A stretch of DNA of 64,000 bases from Lama guanicoe (taxonomy: Eukaryota). Under the pieces are notes generated by a model, which saw only the letters and a program-made list of their open reading frames with translations, had not been told where the DNA came from and made no database searches. Location: contig MU054212.1 of assembly GCA_013239625.1 (NCBI GenBank), positions 806,001 to 870,000 on the forward strand, written 5' to 3'. Positions 26,531-41,119 of the stretch are shown here, one piece after another (within the stretch, counting starts at the first letter, position 1; every line of letters begins with the position of its first letter). The position numbers were made by a program, and so were the translations under genes.

Positions 26531-28579
26531 CACAACCTCCAAAGAGCGTGGTCTGCATCAGTTGGCTCTCAGCCCTCACTGCAGCACAAATGTGATGAGG
26601 ACAGAAAGGAAATATGGGAAAAAAATTCACCCATCATCGCATCATTCTTTCAAATGACTATTTTCATTTTTATGTCTGTCCTTCTAGGTCTTTTTCTTTT
26701 CTAAGTATCTGGGTTTTTTCCTCCGGGGGGAAGGGCTGGGAAACAAGCCTTTTGATTGAATGAGTAACACAAGGTGTTTTCCTTTTTGAAGGGGAAGGGC
26801 ACAATTTGAACTCTACACATATTCCTCTACCTTTTCATCACACCAGTCCCCCCTCCTGTTGGCCATGTCCTGCACACCTGCAGTATGGCAGGAGCTGTCC
26901 ACACCCTCACACACACTGCTTGCTGATTGCTCACGCTTGTTTTGAGGGCCATAAAAGCAGGAGAGTCATATTTTTTAAAATTAAAAAATATGTTACTTTT
27001 AAGGTATAAAAAGCAATAATAGCCTTTCTAGAAAATTTGAATGCTAAAGCTAACGTGGACATCTCACACTCTCACACTACAGGAATCCACTCATCCTCTC
27101 CTTCGCCTCCTTCCTCTTTTCTCCAATGAATTTGTGATGACTTTTTAATTTAAAAGTCAAAAGAATACCACTATAGATTAAAATTAATTAAGAAAACAAA
27201 AATGTTTATCTTTTATGGATAAATTATATTGCTTTGTGTTCAAAACAATTTTAAGGAAAAAAGTTCCAAAATTTGATAGAAATGTTTAATTTTTAAAATA
27301 AAAAAAGACTCAGAACTCCCCCCCCCCGCCTTGGGTATCTATGGATGAGATAGTTTTGAAGTTGCTACAAGACATTATTGTATCAGATCAAACACAGGAG
27401 GTTTTGCTTCAATAGCTTTAATAAACAAAAATAGGGAAGAGAAAGAATTAATATTTTGAGTGCTGCGTATCAGATACTTCCCTTATAAGAATGCCATGAG
27501 GTGGGTAAGATGCCCATTCCACAGCTGGAAAAACTAAGTTTCTGAGAGATGAAGTAATTTGCTAGAGCCCACCACTTCCCCACAGGTACCCATGTCAAGT
27601 AAGCATAGAAGTCTGCATTCATCTCAAATGAGGCCATGTTTGTTTCTCACCTCTCTTCACACCAGCACAGACTGTGGCATGTTTGTTCTCGGTTTCTCAC
27701 TGTCCCAGTTTCTGCTCCAGCAGGGCTTGTTCTAGACAGTACTGTGAGGTAGGTCAGGCTGGCCTACTGAGCCCTCTCCCTCCGTGTATTGTCGTCAGTC
27801 CCCTTCACCGCAGTGAAGAGTCTCACCGAGGCAATTTGCCTGTCCGCACTCCCTGTCTGCTTCCCGCCCCGCATCTCCCAGCTGCTTAACTCGGTCTCTC
27901 CGTGTGGAATTTACACCAGACAAGGCTTCATGCAGCCGGGAGTGTTGCAGACACAGCATTGAATAATCTGCCCCAACACCCATTGCCCCATCTTTTCCCT
28001 ATCAGAACACCAGTTTTGCTCAGGTGTCTACTACACTCTACCTTGGGATGTGGTTCAGGGAGCCCAGCCCTTTTTTCTGTCCTAAACTCTCTGATCTTAG
28101 CTAGTGATACTGGTTGGATTGGGTGTGGGCACAGGACATATTTTGATCACTGAGCCATGAGAGGAGGTGTGCTGGGGGCTTCTGAGAAAGATTTCCTTCC
28201 TTCTAAGAGAGATACCCAGGAGTAGAAGGTCTTTTCTTTCTTGCGATGCTGCCCTGAATGGACGTGATGCCTGGATTGTGACCACGAGGGGAGCTATCCC
28301 CTGAGGGTGGCAGAACTATCCCCTGGACTTCTTGCTGTTTAAGCCACTTTCCCACTTTCCATTGAAAGTGTTCTGATACAGGGTGAGAATGGAAGTGAGG
28401 ACTGGGGGAGGTGATGGTGGTGGGAAGAGACAGAAACTTAACCCACTTTAAAGTTAGGTTAGTCTATATATAACTCACGGCAGAGAGAAACGGCTTGACT
28501 TGTCGTCAGGTCTCAGGAAGGAGAAATATTGGAGGACAGGCTAGAAGGGGCTCTGGAGTAGGGTCCTGTGGATAACTCA

Positions 28580-30010
28580 TGGGAGCCAGCAGAAAGTAAG
28601 ATTTTTGTAACACATATTAATTCTGCACAGAGAGCATTCACCACAAGAAAAGCACTAAATGGACAAATAGACTAAATAACTTAACCAGTTGACATCGACT
28701 AGCCTCTGTCATTGGCCTCCCCAGGGCTGGCACAATGGGCTTGTAAGTGATGCAGCCATGGTGGCAGGGATGAAGGTCACTGAACGGGCTCGAGAGCATG
28801 GGATCCCACTTACAAGCCTGATCGAGCTACTGGACACCGCATGGCCCATAACAGGCCTCAATACTGAGTCTCCAGTATGCCATCATCCCTTGAGGAGATC
28901 GCCTGGTCATTTGGTGGCAAATTGACCATACCAGACATGTTCCATCCTAGAAAGCCAATGATTTCTTTTAACAAGAATAGACACATTCCAGGTATGGGTT
29001 TGCCGTTCCTGCCTGTGGGGCTTCAGCCGGCAGCACTAGCTGAGAGCTTGTGGAGTATTTGTTGGACTAGTGGACTAGCACAGAATCCAGAATAATGCTA
29101 AGTCAAACCAAGAGACCCACTTTACAGCAAAGGAGGTGCAGTCATGGGCTCACAACCACGGTATCCGCCAGTCATACCTCATACCACGCTATCCAAAAGC
29201 TGACAATCACTTCAGTGTTGGGGTGGCTTGTCAAAGTCATAGCTGAAGCACCAACTTGGAATTGATATTTTACAAGCATAGGGCACAATCTTCCAGGACA
29301 CAATATACAGTTTAAGTTGAAGAGCTCCCTACTGTGCTGTGTCCCATAGGAAGAACGCTAGGGCCTGCAGACCAAGGGGTAGAAGCAGGAGTGGTCCCAC
29401 TTACCATTACTCTCAGTGATTCGTGTGTGTTTCCTGTCCCTGCAACTCTAGGCTCTGCTGGTTTACAAGCCCTGGTTTCCAAAAGAGAGGACGCTTCTAC
29501 CAGTGGACATAGTAATAGTTCCTTTGAACTATAGCCTATTTCCGTGGCCCAGGGCAGCAAGTTCTCTGTGTCCCTGGGCAGCAGGTGGGAAGGTGAGTCA
29601 CCATCTTGGCAGGTGTACTTGACCACGACCAACAGGAGGAGGGAGGGCTGCCGCTACACAGCTGAGCAGGAGGAATACTTGTGGAACCCAGGCGCTCTAC
29701 TTGGGCCATTTTTCATGGTAAGTGGACAGAGGATGAAATTCCAGCCTGAGAAGCACATGGTGACCAGGGCTCAGACTCCTCAGGGATGGAAATCTGTGTC
29801 ATTCTACTAGATGGGTCTTCCAGACGGGCAGACGTGCTGGCTGGGGCCGAGGGGAATTTGGAACAGATGTTCGAGGAATGGGAAGATGAGCATTAGTTGC
29901 AGTCCTGAGGCCAGCGACTGCAGTGGGGGCTGAGCTATGCTACCGACTTTCCTCTTCCACGTCCCCCACCAGGAAGAGGGCCCACCAGAGTCTTGGAGGA
30001 GCTGCTCCCG
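28580..30010 (+). mobile_element. Degenerate ERV-L / MaLR internal region with integrase relic
   Basis: Fragments translate as WQIDH (28915), xGYGFAVPA (about 28985-29015) and SNQETHFTAKEVQSWAHNHGI (29103). These resemble ERV-L integrase motifs; frames are broken. Confidence 0.7.
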
Positions 30011-31257
30011 GCACCGGTATGAAGAGGCTCTGAGTTACAATGTGGGGCCTGTCTGGGACATGTGTCTTTCTAACTGGCTTCTTCTGCAGAAGGACTTGTC
30101 ACTCCAGGGGCAGTTGGCAGATAACTCTCTGGGACTAGCCACACTGGGACTGCCTCAGCTCCAGAGAGCTATCTTGCCAAGGTCACGCTGTCTTCCCAGA
30201 ACCCAGTTCTCATAGCAAGTTGACATGGGAGGACAAAGACCCAGCCTCCTTACCCCTATTCAGTGCTGCTCTGACCCAGTGGACTAAGCACAAGGGTAAA
30301 AATGCCAACCCCAGGGGCCTTCATCCCTTGGTCAGATGTTCAGATTTTGCCTGAAGTGTTTGATTTTTATTTGGATGAAGAGCATTTCTGTGTAACTCTC
30401 TCAGCTGCCTTGGTTTCCAACATTTGTTTAAAGAGAGTCTGGGTTAATAACTGGAAAGTACTCTATCACTAATCGAGCCCTTGGGAATAAAAGCATCTAT
30501 TGTGGTTGGGCCCAGAGGAGGCACATCCTAACTGAAGCCGACTCCTGCATTCTGCTGACGCTTTGAAGGATCCATGCAAGAGCTTTATTTTTTAATGTAC
30601 TGAGTGCCCTGAATGCTGACCAGCTGAAATCTAGGTTCTTACATTTTATTACCAAGTTGTTAAACCCATAGGAGTAAAAGCGCAGCAGACGCATGCATTC
30701 GGACTAAATTATCTGCAAAGTTGGGACTGGTTTCACTTAAATCTTTAATGGAACCAAATCTATTTCAGAGAAGCCAAAAAAGTTGCGTTCAATCCTTAGG
30801 GAAAATGGACTAGAAGATTTCCTCACTATGGAAATTCTCTCACAATCTTACACAGAAGCAGGAGGGGACTTCAGATTTCATTCTGCTTGTGGAAATAACA
30901 GATGCCCTCTCCCATAGTTGAAAAGGCAGAATTTCATATTTTTATTAGCATTTGACCTTGGAGGCCTTTATTTGGCACTTATATAGTAATGTACCAAACT
31001 GGGCCTTCACATTGTGTGAGTTTCAAGGGTGGCGGGAGCCTCATTCTCTCAGTGAAGACTCCTTGGGGGGCTTCTTACAGCTCAGAGGTAAGTCTAGGGT
31101 TATCCTGCAAGGCAGCGTAAAGTTACAGGGACTTCAGTGAGACTGACAATTAGACCGTGAGCCATATTAAGCCAGAAACTGTGTTGGCTTCATCCTCTAT
31201 GCAGCTCTAACGCCAAGTTCAGGCCCTAGCATGAAGTAGGTACTCACTGAGCATTTC

Positions 31258-31294
31258 TGAATGAATGAATGAATGAATGAATGAATGAATGAAT
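31258..31294 (+). repeat. (GAAT)n microsatellite at an L2 3' end
   Basis: tgaatgaatgaat... preceded by the L2 tail-like agtaggtactcactgagcatttc. Confidence 0.9.
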
Positions 31295-31697
31295 TCTCTC
31301 AGGTTATCTGAGGATCCACGAGCTTCTCAGACACAGAACTGAAACTTCTGATGCCCTTTTCTCGAATGAGATCTGTAGTCTGTGTTTGTGTGGTTCTTCT
31401 CTTACTCAGGAATCTAAGGCATGAGGCTAAGAGCTTGTAAAGGAGGCCATTGGGCAAGTGAAAAAAAAATCTCTTTTTGCACGAGAGCTATTTCCTGGTA
31501 GAACAACCACCATGGCTTCACTGAAAGCAGAGCCTTCCCATCCCCCACGCCAAATCATCACTAGTCCCCTCCATGGGGCTGGAATGCGCCTGAGGGGCCT
31601 GAAAGGGATTGCTAAGAGGCTGTGACTCCATCTTTAGCATGCATCTGTGTGCGTTTTAAATGAACTGATACTCGATGGAGGTGTCTGTGTGATGTAA

Positions 31698-31725
31698 TGT
31701 GTGTGTGTGTGTGTGTGTGTGTGTG
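31698..31725. repeat. (TG)n microsatellite
   Basis: Read directly from the sequence. Confidence 0.9.
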
Positions 31726-34700
31726 GAGGGGAGTGCTGTAGTGTGTGTGTGTGGACTTTGAATGAGGGAGCTTATGCTGGCATGAGACACCCCCATAGTC
31801 CCCACTCCCCGAGAGATGCCACTCAAACGAAGCTTAGGTCACAGCCCCTCATTGGCCACTGCTGGCTTAACGCCTTTTATGCAAGTGTAGGATTCTCCGT
31901 TCCCCTAGAAAGTGGAGTGGGGCTGAAGAAGGAAACCTAAACGAAAAGTGGAAGGGTGTGTGTGGGGAAATCCAAATGATTTCACTGGGAAGAGAAGTGA
32001 CAGCAGAAGCTCCCAGAAAAGTCACAGTCAAACATGGTTTCTAGACGTTTCTTAAGAAGATTCTTCAGTCTGGTGCCAGCCTCCTGACACCATGGTGATG
32101 CGCCAAACCCAGGACGGGCCTGATGCCCTGACTTGTTCCGTAGCAAGTCCTGTCAGAGCTGGGGCTCAGCAGGTAGCCAAGGTGGGGGGCGGGCAGGGAT
32201 CCAGGGAGCTCCTCACAGGAAGTGAAGACGCTGGAGGCCAGGGCAGTGTCCTGGGGCGTCTGGGCGCAGACAGTCAGTTGTAGGGCAGGCAGACCAGCTG
32301 ACCGGAGGATCTTAAGGCAATGAGAGCCTCCCCAGGACTCCTGACAGCCCTCCAAGACGTGGGGGCCCAGGCTAGGTTGAGGTGCTGCAGGGAGCTACGT
32401 CCAGCAGAGGAGGTCAGTGGGAAGAAGTAGAAATGCAGTTGCTGAGGACTGATGTTTAATGGAAAGAAAGAAGAAAGTCTCCAGGTTCTGAGAAATCAGG
32501 ATCCTAGGCGGGCACCTGGGTGGAAATGCAGACACGATGGGTCAAAACTTGTTTCTGGAACTGGGCATAGGGTGAGAGCTGGCCTTGTGGGAGGCATACT
32601 ATGTGTTGGCATTTGACCCTTTAGAATGATGACTTCATTCAGTAGTCATAAACCTCATACCACGAATAACATTTTTTTCAGATGAAGGAACTGAGACTTA
32701 AAGAGCTTAAATAACTTGCCCAAAGTCACAAGGTCACAGAAGCTAGAGATGGGGTGCTGGGACTTCCGCCCAAGTCTATAACGCTGCCGTCTGTGGGCTT
32801 ACCTACCACACTGCACTGTGTGGTGGAAGCGAGGTAAGGGGAGTGGCGGCGAGGTGAGCTCCGAGAGAGGCTGGTCCAGCGCTACCACAGACACCTTTGC
32901 ATACATTCCATCACTTAATCTTCACAGTGTCCTTGTCTTCATTAAAATTTTTTTCCAATGAATGATCTGAAGCATATAGTGGCTTGCCTAAAATCACACA
33001 GGGAGGAGGTAATAACCTAATTAATGGGACTGGGGCACATGTCAGAGCAAAACCAACAGCCACACCACCCTGAAGCTGACGTGCAAGTGGGGAAGGAAGA
33101 GACCGACACATCAAGAATGTCATACCTGCTGGATGTTCAGACCTTCTTAATCTGCGTAAGCTAAGGTGCTCAAGGATAGAGAGCAATTTTGAGCTACAGA
33201 ACTTCAAGAAGTCTGTCTTCCTGCACTATGTGTGAGGAGTAACTTCCACCTGATATAACCCAATGATGCCTTTATTCTTCATGAGGAATGAGTCATGGAT
33301 TTAGTCCTTAGATCGCGCTCAACACCTTCCGCCGTTGCCCTGCTCAAAGACAGCTTAATCAGTAGGTGTTATTGTGGAGTAAGTGAAAGCTAATTTTAAC
33401 TTTAAGGAATGTGTCATTTCTTTTGAGTTTGCTAAACTTGAATGTAATTAATTACTCATACCGAGCCAAGGGAATTAGGCAGGTTATTTCGTGCCCTTTT
33501 AAAAAAGGTTGTAAAACTCTGGCTTTTTGTATTTGTTGTACGCGTAGTCTAGTGAATGGTAAAGATTTAATATAATATCAGAGCATCACAGGATTAGAAA
33601 CTGTCCACCAAGGAAACATCGATCAACAAATGCTTTTTAACTGTCCACTCTGGGTCCCACACTGTTTGAGGCCTGAGGCTGGAAGGTCATTTGGGGAGAT
33701 CATTTGGTCTAGTGCTTTTTAAACTATGTGTGAAGAAAGACCATTTTTAAAAATTCCAATCCATTGTTGACCAATAATTGTAATTACAATAAAACTGGGT
33801 TACAAGAAAAATGATCACATAGTTGAATGTCATGGCAATATTGAATCACTAACAAAGTTTATAAATACTCTCAATTTTTGTGCTTTTCTTATTGCAACAT
33901 GGTTCACGGACTGGCACTGGTCCACAGATCACACTTTGATTAGAAACGATTTGAACAAGGCATGACCATTCTGGAATCATCTTAGCAACTGAAAAACTAG
34001 CTTTGGCTGCTTTTTCTTTCAATTTTAAAACTCTTTTTTTGCCTATCATGTTAATGGACTTTCCAATGCTTGATGAAACTATTAAAGGACTCTGATTCAA
34101 GGTAAACCACACATTTCGCAGCTGAGAAATAAGGGAGAGATTTCCTTCAAAGACCAACCTATGAAAGGTTTACAAAGAATGAAAGAAGGAAATATAAAAT
34201 ATAAAACCAGGCTGAAGGGGGAAAAAAATGAAGCCGAAGGTTTTGCTTGAAAAAGAAGATCACAAATGGTGAAAAACCCACTTTCAGAGGAAAACTATGA
34301 TTCACAAGAAAGCTATAAAGGAGTATCTGACTTTGTGGAATTCACATAGATACAGAATGAAGAAATCTATTTTTATAGGATCGTCCTTTCTGGCACTGTT
34401 CTTGACGCCGTGGCAGAAAGCATATTCACAAGAACTTTTTTTTTTTTTGACTTGGAATGAAGTTAACAGAGCATTTTAGTAAGAGTGAAAAACAGGGCAT
34501 GAAACTCATGAGATTCAAATTTTCTTTTCCCCAGATAATTACCCATGAGCAAAAGCCAGGAAAAAAAAACAAAACAAAACAAAAAAGAAGCGATCAACTT
34601 AATTTGTCGTAAAGATGTTAAACATAGAAAAACTTCTGAATGCAAAGGTCAAATTCTAAAATCTGTTTCCCAGACATGTCTAGAAATAAAAAAAAATTTC

Positions 34701-34834
34701 CTCGCCCAAATTGGAAAGAGTCTTCTATATTTCACCTTTAATGCTAACTCAAAGCATTTAAGAATAGAACCTGCAAACAGTAGGTGATACTGATCAGCTC
34801 ATATTGATGAATAAGAGGAGACAAGATTCTGACT

Positions 34835-35300
34835 ATTGTGGTTGTCTACTGCTGCATCAGCGACCACCCTAAAAACACAGGCTTAAAACAGCTCTTCATT
34901 TGATCATGATTCAGCAACCTGGGCTGGAATCCGCTGGACAGTTCTGCTGTCTCATCTGGGCTCTCTCATGCAGGTGCCGTGATCTGATGGCTTACATGGG
35001 GCTGTGATGACCAGTTTGACTTTACTCACATGCTTTGCATGGTCTCACGTATTCCAGGACCTCTCTCTACATACCTTCTTTCTCCAGAGTAGCTGGGCTT
35101 CCTTACAGCACGCAATCTGGGTTCCAAGAGGGAGAATTCTAAGGTGACAAGGACTCATCAAATCTCTGTTTGCATCACACGTACTAATATCTCATTTGCC
35201 AAAGCAAGTCACATGACCAAACTCAGACTCCATATGGGAAGGAACAACATGAGGGCAGGAGTTCTGAGAGGCATGGTTCATTGGGGGCCACCAATGGAAC
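34835..35300 (-). mobile_element. Old MLT1-like LTR
   Basis: Antisense MLT1 end-like start and a gccaaagcaagtcacatgacc motif. Confidence 0.5.
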
Positions 35301-35342
35301 AATTATAAAACAACAAAATTTTTTAATTAAAAAGAAATTTGA

Positions 35343-35481
35343 GGGGAGGGTATAGCTCAAGTGGTAGAGCACATGCTTATCATGCACAAGGTCCTGGGTT
35401 CAATCCCCAGTACCTCCTCTAAAAAAATAAATAAATAAACCTAATTCCCTCCTGTCCCAAACAAACAAACAAACAAACAAA
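35343..35481 (+). mobile_element. tRNA-derived SINE, Vic-1-like, with (AAAC)n tail
   Basis: ggggagggtatagctcaagtggtagagc (A box), gggttcaatccc (B box), aaataaataaacctaatt, then a simple-repeat tail. Confidence 0.85.
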
Positions 35482-38400
35482 CTTTAAAATTTTTTTGACA
35501 GTTTTATAAATACAAATTTTATTTTTCTGAATTAAGCAGAATTAGCTTACTTGGAAAATCCAGCTGATCTTTGAGAGCTTTGTAAAACGGCATTAGCATT
35601 TGCAAGTTCTCAATGGCATGTAGGGCTATAAAAACTCACCAGATCACACCAACCAAGCAAACTGATCAATCCGTAAATACTTATCGAGCACTTATTAAGT
35701 CATCATCAGCATGCAAGATGGTATGGAAGACACATTTTTCTTGCATTCAGGGTACCTGCAATAGAGTTGAATACAAATAATATTTAGTGTTGGAAACAGT
35801 GTAAGACAGAATATAATCATGTGCTGAACTGTGCCATACAGAATATAAAGTGGTAAAGAATGTCACACTTTTAGTCATGCTTTGTACTTATGACGCTTTT
35901 ATCATAAGGAGATGTGGTCTCAGGATTGGAACGGTCCATGAACAATCCAAGTCTGAGCAGGCAGACTTGACTACAAAAAGCGTTTGGCTCTACTAGTCCT
36001 CCTGTCGGGGGTGGAGGACACTGGCTTCATGAATGCAGAGAACAAGGGCAGTCAGACATTTAGAGAAAGGTGGTTATACTTCCCCAAACCCGAGTCTCTG
36101 TCCTTTAAGAAGGTGAGTGATTTGCAAGTCAATTTGTCAGCGTCTGCCTAGTTCTCCTTGTCTTTCGTAACCATAACCTACAGTCTGGCCCTAGGGCTGC
36201 ATTCAACTGCACTGGGAGGGGGTTACAACTGAATAGTTGTGCCGAATAGAGGGGAATGTGATGGCGTTCGGAGCAGCAAGTTCTCCCAGATTTGAGGTAC
36301 CAAAGAACAGGGAAGAAAGATCACTAACTCTATTTTAGGGACCCTACTTCAGTTCCAGACACCCTGCCAGACCCTGGGGATACAAAATGAATGAAACTTG
36401 GTCCCTGCCCCCAAAGAGCTCACTGTCTAGTAAGGAGGTAGATCTAAATGCTACAGCAGAGGCATGGAGAGTATGCTGCATAGGGTGTGACAGGAGCGGC
36501 CAACTCGGAGGGCAAGGGGAGAGTCCTGGGTAATATTTGTATATGTACAAATATTACGACATTAATAATTCAATCAGGTGTATTAGTTAAGGCAACACTT
36601 AACTACTTGAATGACAGATAAACCCCCATCTCTTGGTGGCTTAATTTAATGAAAGTCTATTTCTCGTTTATAAGGGTCCAGTGTAGGTGTGTGGGGTAAC
36701 CTCCCGCATGGGACCCAGGCTCCTTCCATCTCGTTGCTCTCCAGCTCCTAGGGCATTGGAACCCTTTGCTTCTAGGCAGGAAACAAGGTAGAACATGTAG
36801 GATCATGCGAGAGGTTTTTATGGACCATTTCTCCTCACTTTTCATTTGTTCAAAATCAGTCACACAATCCCACCTAGATGTAAATGGAGTGGGAAATATA
36901 TTGCTGGGACCACTTCCAGAAACAGTTCTACACTGTAGACAGGGAGGACCAATCCCAATGGGCAGACAGTCATTTCTATCACACCAGGCTAGGTGATGTT
37001 GAGAGTCTCCATGATCCTTTGGTATTTCTTTTTTTCATCTCTTCACATTATTTACATACCATTGACTGTCCCTCTCTCATCTCCTCCCAACTCTTCCAAG
37101 CCATGCATGAAGTTTATTCACATTTTCCATATGGGCCTGGCTGTCTAGCCAGCCACCCTCAGAATCATCTTTGGAATTTGGTTCCATGGAAGAACACACT
37201 GTGAGAGATAAGGAAATAAGCTGGGAGTCCCATGAATATCATTCAGTACTCCATTATAAGTTTAGAGTAAAAACAGAGAAATGAGCAAGTTGAATCTGCT
37301 TCTTAAGAAATTAGCACCCCCATTGCTCTACGAATTGCTCAGCATTTAGAGAGTTATTAAAGAGCATTAAGTGATAAGAGATTTCAGTGATTATACTGTT
37401 CACAAAATTGTCTGTTAACCCTATGTTCTAGGGTTCAAGTGAAATTAATTCAACCTGAATTTTGACAAATATTTATCAACCTGCTGCTGTGTAAAAGGCA
37501 CTTCTATAGAGATATCAAAGTTTACAAAGGAAAAAAATCTTTGGCCCAGCCTCTGTCCACAAGAGTTTTCATCTTTTGTGGTGAAATAACCCTTTATTGG
37601 GTCTGTTGGGCAAATTCTTACCAAAATGCATGTCTCTGAAGTGAGGTATTTCGGACATGGAAACAAAGTGTACTGTGGCGGAACACTGCCAGTAGTGGTA
37701 CCTCTTGTGGTCACAGAGACCATTCAACTGGGTACAAATCCATAAACTTACAGTGGCCCCAAAGGGGGAAATATGAAAATGACTCAAGAGGATAATTTAG
37801 AGGCTGCTTTCTAATTTTCACTCAAAATCTCTCCCAGATAAATTACTTAACTTTCATGTCAAGAGAATAAAGCCTCCATTTCTTGAATCTCCACTAAGCC
37901 TAAGCCAGTTGATTTAATTCCTCACGACCTTATTTTGACTCATCCACAAAAGGAGAATAATGGCTTCCACCCATTCATCTTTCAGGGTTAGCTCTGGGCT
38001 GCTGGGAAAAATGTCTCTGTAAAGAAGAGGTACTGTTACTGAAGTGCAGGCTTTCTTTTATCCTGCACTACTGCTTATAGTCACAGACACCTGGGGTGGA
38101 AAAAGGAAGCCTCCTTAATGACAAATGTATAAAATTACCTTCTGGGCCCAACTGCGTATTTCACACAAAGGCCAGACTGGAGTGTGTGAAGCAAGAGCTG
38201 GAGAGGAAATTCATGCAATTGGAATGTGAATTCCTCACAGGGTCTCTGGCAGAGCTGACTACCAGGGAGTGCCCTAATGGGAGGTACCAGTGTCAAGGTT
38301 CCAACCGAAGCAGGAATCTGCCTGCTGTGAGCATTGGCATACTGGGAATTCAAACATAGGATACTGAGAATTCAGCTCTGGTTTGGTTAACACTGGGGGT

Positions 38401-40356
38401 TCTGAGCTGAGACAGTGAACCAGACACAGGCCATGTGCCAAGGAAGCATCACTGCTTTACAAGGGGTCATTGGATCTAGGGGTCCGGAGCAGGGAGGCCC
38501 ACCACGGAAGGCAGTGGGGGTGAGGTGTGCTGTAATCCCAGACAGGCACAGGCTGGGTTCTGGACACCACTTCATGGTAATGAGGACTTGGTCAAGTCCC
38601 TTAACCTTGACTTTTTATCTCTAAATAAAAGCAGGTGGTGTTAGATTTGTGTTTTCCAAAGCCCGGGGGTCTAGGGGCAATTCTGTTTTCAAAACAACTA
38701 GTAGAAACCCTGCCTTTATTTAGCGTAGGGTGACAGAGGCTAATGGAAACTCACTTTCTTCACTTTGGGCTGGAATGATGAAAGCTCCCGTGGTTACACT
38801 AATTATTTTATGCCAAGTAAAAGCCTGTATTGGCAGTTATATAGATCTTTGATAATATGGAAAATATTTGTTAAGAAATACAGTTTGTGAAATTCTTTCG
38901 AAACAGGACATCATGGGCCAAGAGTAATAAGAGGATATACTATTTATATGACATTCCTATATCTTATGATAGGATGGTTGGGTTCCAAAAGATGCTATTG
39001 ATCATGGGGTTTGCAGTGAAGCTGGCCAGTCGGACAGCAGAACTTTCCTCATTGCCGAGTTCCCTCTGGTTTTCAAGGGGAGGTCTCACCAGACATGCGG
39101 TATTACAAAAAGCAGTAACGTCTACTTTTACTGTTTTGTTTGTATCCTTTTCATCACTGCTGGTGACCTACATATGCTGTTGGCCTCGAGCGATGTCACT
39201 GTTTTCTCGATGAAGTGACGCTAAAAGAGGAAAACTGCAACCTGTTTTTCAAGTGGAACCAAGGCAACGGGAAGGTATGGTGTAACTACCATTTTAAGAA
39301 GAACGGTCATAATAAGCAGGTCCCAGGATGTGTAATCCCAGTTCATACTTCCAGGATGACTTGGGAGGGCCGAAGGGAAAGCTGCTATGTTGGGGAGAGA
39401 GTAGGAAGGAAGGAGAGGGAGAAAACCTATGCTGGGACTTAAAGGAGCATCAGTCAGGAGTATAAGGTCAGGCCCGTGGCTGCACTAGAGGGATGTGATG
39501 GAGCTTGGCTATGCCCTTGCAGGACGGTGAGTTTACCACCCTCCCACATTCTTGATTCCAGGCAAATTCTTTTCAACAATGGCGTGGCAAGTTGCACTTC
39601 TATCTTAAGATCTGGAGGACGTAGCTATGCATGAATCACTCCTAAAGTATTGAGAGGTCAGTCAAACCCCAGATTCACTGTGTTAGTTTGGGTTTGTTTA
39701 CACCCCACTCTGCATGTCTGTAGCACCCACTCCTCTGGGTTAAGTAAACCAATAGCTCCTCTTGTGCCTGGGACACTTCTGCAGCCATCGCACCTCTGAT
39801 GGGCCTCACCCAGGTGGCTTCTGCCTCTGTCCCCTCTCCTAGGAGCAAGTACTGAGAATCAGAAGGCCTGGGTCCTGCTCATTATTCCTATTTTCCTTAA
39901 AATATGGGCAAGTCATTTAATTTCTTCAAGCATCATCTTTCCCCATTTAAACATAACAGCCCCGTCTTGCCGTAAAAACAAAACTGTGCCTTCTATTGGC
40001 TGCTTAAGTGTTTGAAAGCACTTGTTCATACATTTCTTGGTTTAGACTTCAGAGCCGCCTTTCTCCCCGTGTCCCCCCGCAGAATGTCATTCCCGTTACA
40101 TCCCTCGATACCTAGAACTGTGGAGGGAAAGTGCCCCTGGGATGTTTGTTTTGGATGCATAATTTTGAGAGAGATAACTTTACTGACAAACACGAACTTT
40201 AGATACGTGGCTTTTATTTGTTCATCTTTAAAGCTGTTCTCAATGGGCAAACACACCTATGGTATCCACGGCACAAAGTTATTCCTACATGTCAAAGAGA
40301 AATATTGTCACATACAATGCAGCGATTTGTGTGTCATGCTCTTAATTGCTGCCTTT

Positions 40357-40497
40357 ATTTATGTTTTCTATTTATTTTATGTTCTTTTTTGGGGAGGGGA
40401 GGTAATTAGGTTTATTTAAATGGAGGTACTGGGGATTGAACCAACGACCTCGTGCATGCTAAAAATGCACTCTACCACTGAGCTATACCTTCTCCCA
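40357..40497 (-). mobile_element. tRNA-derived SINE, Vic-1-like, with 17-bp TSD
   Basis: Same family on the minus strand. TSD tcttaattgctgccttt (40340-40356) / tcttaactgttgccttt (40498-40514). Confidence 0.85.
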
Positions 40498-41119
40498 TCT
40501 TAACTGTTGCCTTTTAGAACAAAACACAAAGTTCTAAGAGGAAGAAGCATTGATTGGAAGCCACAGATGGTCAGTTCTGCAGCCGAGGATTCTGACAACA
40601 GAACATCTCAGTGAACAGCCTGGGTGTTGTGGCGAGCTACTGGCTGCATATTAATAAAATAATTTTGGAATCTTAGCCATTTGTCAAATATTTTCCTTCA
40701 AATAATCTTGTGTCTGGAAGGACTTTATAAAAAGAATGTAAAATCTTTCTCACTTTCTCGCAGTCTTGTTTCATCAGCTTAGCTAGGACCACGTCACCTG
40801 GGCAGGACTTTTCCAGGTAGTGCTGGGCATTCGTTCAGTTGATTTACTAAAATACAAAAGTTTCTCTTGGGGTAAAGCAATGTAGGTTCATTATTGGAAA
40901 TATTTTTTAAAATATAGACAAAACCAAAAAAAGCCCCCAAAATCAAAAAGTCCCTTCTCCCCATCCCATCTGTTCACTCTTGAATATGCCATCGTATAGC
41001 CTCCAAAATCTGAGTCCGCTGCCACACACACACTCGAGTGCTTGCACACACGTGCGCACACGCACACGTTCATGTGTACTTTTTATATATAATATATATC
41101 TTGGTTCTGAAAAATTCTT

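Noticed and set aside
25593..26657. 354-aa ORF and overlapping ORFs on both strands
   Set aside because: Stop-poor CpG island plus CA repeat, giving low-complexity Pro/Ala/His-Thr translations. Only the 7-codon ANKRD29 exon is supported.
35343..35416. tRNA-Ala-like sequence
   Set aside because: It is the head of a SINE, with a family-specific tail and several diverged copies in the window; not a tRNA gene.
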